The translations under genes were made by a program, and so were the position numbers. DNA of 24,919 nucleotides from Rotaria sp. (taxonomy: Eukaryota), in the NCBI GenBank assembly GCA_905250055.1, contig CAJNOF010000137.1:89711-114629 (forward strand), in the 5' to 3' direction. Under the pieces are notes generated by a model. The model was not told the origin of the DNA. It did not search any database and saw nothing but the letters and a program-made list of their open reading frames with translations. Shown in pieces: positions 21,332 to 24,919 of the stretch. The stretch's first letter is position 1, and the number at the start of each line of letters is the position of its first letter.

Positions 21332-22402
21332 TTAACAATAAATCCAATCGAGATGTTCCTTTGGTCTACATTTGATAGGACAAGGCATTTGAGTTCCATG
21401 AAACTTAACATTTGTTGCATTACTACAACATGGTCTTATACATCCAAGATAACAACCATTCATTGATCGTTGCGAAAGAAATGGTTGACCACCAAATTTC
21501 TCACAAAAGTAACTATCAAATATTAGAGAATTATCTTTAACATGACCTGCAACATAATTGATAAGAAATCTCTGATCACCTCTATCATGATAATTCTTAA
21601 CTATTGATGGTATAAGCATTGGCTTGAAAATATTAACTAAAGTATGCCGAGCACGTATCAAAGCTGCACCCCAAAGACCACCTAATATAAATAATCCATG
21701 TTCAATATTATCACGAGCAATATAGAAAAAATTGTTTTCTTGTTCTTGTGATAGCCACATGTTGATTGTTTCTGTTTCACGTTGAGTTATTGGTGAATCA
21801 AGATCACGTGATAATAAATAATCAACATAGGGATCAAATATTGGTAAAAATCGCCACATTTTACCTGGTAAAAATTTATGTAAAGATGAACCAAACATAG
21901 GTATATTAGTCATATCACAAATATCAACACTTGAAAAATTATAAAAATATTCTTGTTGAGATTTTTTACTACCAGAAAAATCGATATAAAGACGTAAAAT
22001 CCATTGTGGAAGTAATGTATTAATTTCATTAACAAGAAGTTCAAAAAATGGTATAATACTTGTTTCCCATGAATACATTTGATTATTAGTAAATTTCGAT
22101 TCTTTTCCATAAACTGAAATAGCAATTACTTTTTGATGTGGTCCACGATGATGGGATGCATGACTACACAATGTTAAATTCCATTGAGAGATATTTCCAT
22201 AGATTTTATTGAATAATTTTTGAATACGTCGACTTCGTGCGTCTAGAAAATTGATATCAGCTTTTATAACATGTTGTTTTTCTTTTTGAATAAAGAAAAA
22301 CAGAAAAGCTATAGAAACTACTAGAAATACGACTATAAAAATGAATATGGAAAGAAGACATTGATTTAGAATATATCGTCGATGTTGATGATAATTGATC
22401 AT
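21332..22402 (-). CDS. 356-aa predicted type-II membrane protein, candidate glycosyltransferase-like family, paralogue 2
   Basis: Intact ORF MINYHQHRRYILNQCLLSIFIFIVVFLVVSIAFLFFFI...GPHQKVIAISVYGKESKF...MWRFLPIFDPYVDYLLSRDLDSPITQRETETINMWLSQEQENNFFYIARDNIEHGLFILGGLWGA. Same length as 12920-13990 and largely co-linear. Confidence 0.82.
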   Translation of the reverse strand: MINYHQHRRYILNQCLLSIFIFIVVFLVVSIAFLFFFIQKEKQHVIKADINFLDARSRRIQKLFNKIYGNISQWNLTLCSHASHHRGPHQKVIAISVYGKESKFTNNQMYSWETSIIPFFELLVNEINTLLPQWILRLYIDFSGSKKSQQEYFYNFSSVDICDMTNIPMFGSSLHKFLPGKMWRFLPIFDPYVDYLLSRDLDSPITQRETETINMWLSQEQENNFFYIARDNIEHGLFILGGLWGAALIRARHTLVNIFKPMLIPSIVKNYHDRGDQRFLINYVAGHVKDNSLIFDSYFCEKFGGQPFLSQRSMNGCYLGCIRPCCSNATNVKFHGTQMPCPIKCRPKEHLDWIYC

Positions 22403-24188
22403 TCTTTTTAGTATGTACTCTTTACATGGTTATAGTATGTAAGAAACTAACGATGTGTGACAGGCATTTGTTGTGTACATTCGTTTAATAATTGCATCTT
22501 CATGGTGTATATTGAAATACAGACATTTCACAGTGATGTTATCTAATAATTAATGGAAAATTGACGACATTATGAAGCCTAATGAAGTTTATTTCTTTGA
22601 ATATAGGACTCATCATTTTTTTATCGAGTTTTCTTAGTGATACCAAATAATGGTGTATATTGAAGATGTGCATCCTATGAGACATCTATTTGATTATCTA
22701 TGTATTAGTAGTGCAGCAAGCAAAATAATGGCTATCCCTATGAAATAAAAATGTGACAGAGAATGCGACAAGAAGATTGTTTTATTCTGTCTATTTTAGG
22801 ACACGTTCCTTCGCCATACTCTGACTTAATCAACAACATCTGTCGCTCTAAGCGATATGTGAATGCATGGAAGTATGGTGAATACGTCAGTCACGGTCTG
22901 TTGATTTCATATTTCATGATATGTGAAGGTACGAAGTGCAAATTTGTACCTTATATATTTCAACACTTATTTTAGAACGTTTTTTAAAATATAAGATGGA
23001 ATATTATTCTTTACTTGTCATAGATATCTTCAAGAAAGAGATTTTATAACTTCACTAAAAATACTTTAAAAAAAATGGAATAAATACTTCCAAGTTGTTC
23101 GACACTTATGTTCAAATATCGGTATTACCACCTATACAATGATTCTCGATGAATTACTACCGGTGTTTTTGTTCTAAATTACCTGTTCGATAACACGTTG
23201 ACTACATCGGTGGATACAGTTACTCATGTATGCACAATGTGATCAGTTATTGGAAAAATAAATATTAATTTTCTAGTGACACATCTATCTTGTTGTCAAT
23301 CTTTATATTATTACGCCATTATATTCTATAAGTTTTTCAGGCATTTGACTTTCGTTCTATCATATTTCAACAAATTAATTTTTAATAAATGATATTCAAA
23401 TGTTTATAAAGCACACTAGATATGTTCATTAATACAAAGAAATAAATCTTATAAAGAAAAATTTTTAATTTGATTTCACCTAATTTGTTTTCTGTCTTTA
23501 CATAATTTAATGAGGTTGAATACATATCAAAGTAAGTATCTATAAGTTTACTTGAATGGTTTCTTTGATGTAAGTTATATCGTTACACATCTGCTTTTTT
23601 TTTCTTTATATTCAAATGTTTATTGAATTGAAACTTTTGAATAAAGTTCGACTTGATTATTCAAATTTTGATCATTAAAAAACAAAAAGGATTAAACAAC
23701 TCAAGTAAACAAAAAAAAAAGAGTTATATAATTCGATGTGAATGTTTTCATTAGAGAGAACTCTTGTTCTTTTCTTTATTTAACCATCACATTTATTTGC
23801 TTGTCCATTGAATAACTATGTTGGCAAGCAATTGTTAGTGCTTCCTACATGTATATCATACACTTCATATATAATTATAATTCTTTCATTTATATTGATT
23901 CAATGAACGGGTAAGTTGCAGGTTGATGAACTATTTGATATTCACTTTCTCTTTCTTTCCGTCTTTTTCTTTTCGTTTGTATATTGTTTGTTGCTATCGA
24001 TTGTTGTCTAAAAAAAAAAAAAAGAAAAAAAAGTAAAAGTAAAGGTCATTGATATTGATCTAATGCTCTTGTTCTCTTTGTCATCCATTGTTCATTTTCA
24101 TTCAAATAAGTAAATCAGTCGATTTTTTTTTATTATTCAATCTTTGTCTTTTCAATAATATATATTCAATTCAATATAGTTAATAATA

Positions 24189-24527
24189 ATGCATTGGATA
24201 TCTTTGATCGGTTTTTTTATTATTATTACTATCATCTATCAAATACAAGCTGATTTATTAAAAGATTCTGAAACAGAAACTATCAATACAGAAGGTACAT
24301 TTCAAGTGGAACTAGATATTGATAATACTGAAACTTCTGTATCAAAAAATAATGTCGATGGTTCAACTCATGAAACTACTAGTGATGTATCATTTGAAAA
24401 TTCTGTGACATATGAGACAGATGAACGAAATTCATTGAAAAATGTAATTAATAATGGTAATAATAATTACGGTTATAATTATGTATGTTTTATCATTACT
24501 ACTCTTATCTTACTAGCTCATTTTTAA
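24189..24527 (+). CDS. Small secreted or GPI-anchored-like protein (112 aa), Thr/Ser/Asn/Glu-rich
   Basis: MHWISLIGFFIIITIIYQIQA looks like a signal peptide. The middle is hydrophilic and the C-terminus is hydrophobic (YVCFIITTLILLAHF*). An AATAAAA signal lies downstream at about 24625. Confidence 0.55.
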   Translation: MHWISLIGFFIIITIIYQIQADLLKDSETETINTEGTFQVELDIDNTETSVSKNNVDGSTHETTSDVSFENSVTYETDERNSLKNVINNGNNNYGYNYVCFIITTLILLAHF

Positions 24528-24919
24528 AGACAAATATAGTTCTTCTTTATTGTTGTGCATTTAATAGATTTGTATTAGTTTGTGTAGAAATTTAAACTTT
24601 AGTTACATGAATTGTGATAATTAATAAAATATGCTAAGAAAACACTTTAATCTTTTATTATAATATTTAAAATCACTCAAGAATAATATTGATGATGAGG
24701 AAATATTTTTGTTTCAAGTTTTTACATAATGTTTTGATTATAAAAAAGAGAAATGACGAGAGAAGTTCTCCAACTGTTCAATAGCTTTTAAGTTGAGATT
24801 ATGTACACACCGTTTAAGGTCATATTGGACCTATAGGCAAGTCTCAATGAGAATAACAACAGTTTATAAAAGTTCGTCCATCTTGACCTTTGACACTACA
24901 TTATCACTGATTGACTTGG

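Overview
This is an AT-rich eukaryotic nuclear window, most likely from a bdelloid rotifer. That placement is an inference from the ADP-ribosyltransferase + kinesin-light-chain-type TPR fusion, 48-65 bp introns and TGTGGG-like arrays. The left third (about 0.36-8.45 kb) is dominated by inverted-repeat DNA transposons: a decayed Tc1/IS630-superfamily (DDE_3-type) element with ~510 bp TIRs, and three non-autonomous foldback elements. The right two thirds hold (i) a small intron-containing claudin/PMP22-like tetraspan gene and a decayed paralogue, (ii) two intact 356-aa type-II membrane paralogues with a DxD-like motif, possibly glycosyltransferase-like, (iii) a 793-aa ART-TPR protein with 126-bp tandem TPR-coding repeats, and (iv) a small secreted or GPI-anchored-like ORF. 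The gene order claudin-like -> 356-aa, claudin-like(pseudo) -> ART-TPR -> 356-aa indicates an old tandem segmental duplication. The most interesting leads are a shared subterminal motif across structurally different foldback elements, a foldback element containing two further hairpins, two GC-rich modules with the same G-array/spacer/C-array polarity, and a 119-bp identical non-coding block downstream of both the live and the dead claudin-like genes. I found no clear evidence for a wholly new biological system. All alignments were done by eye.
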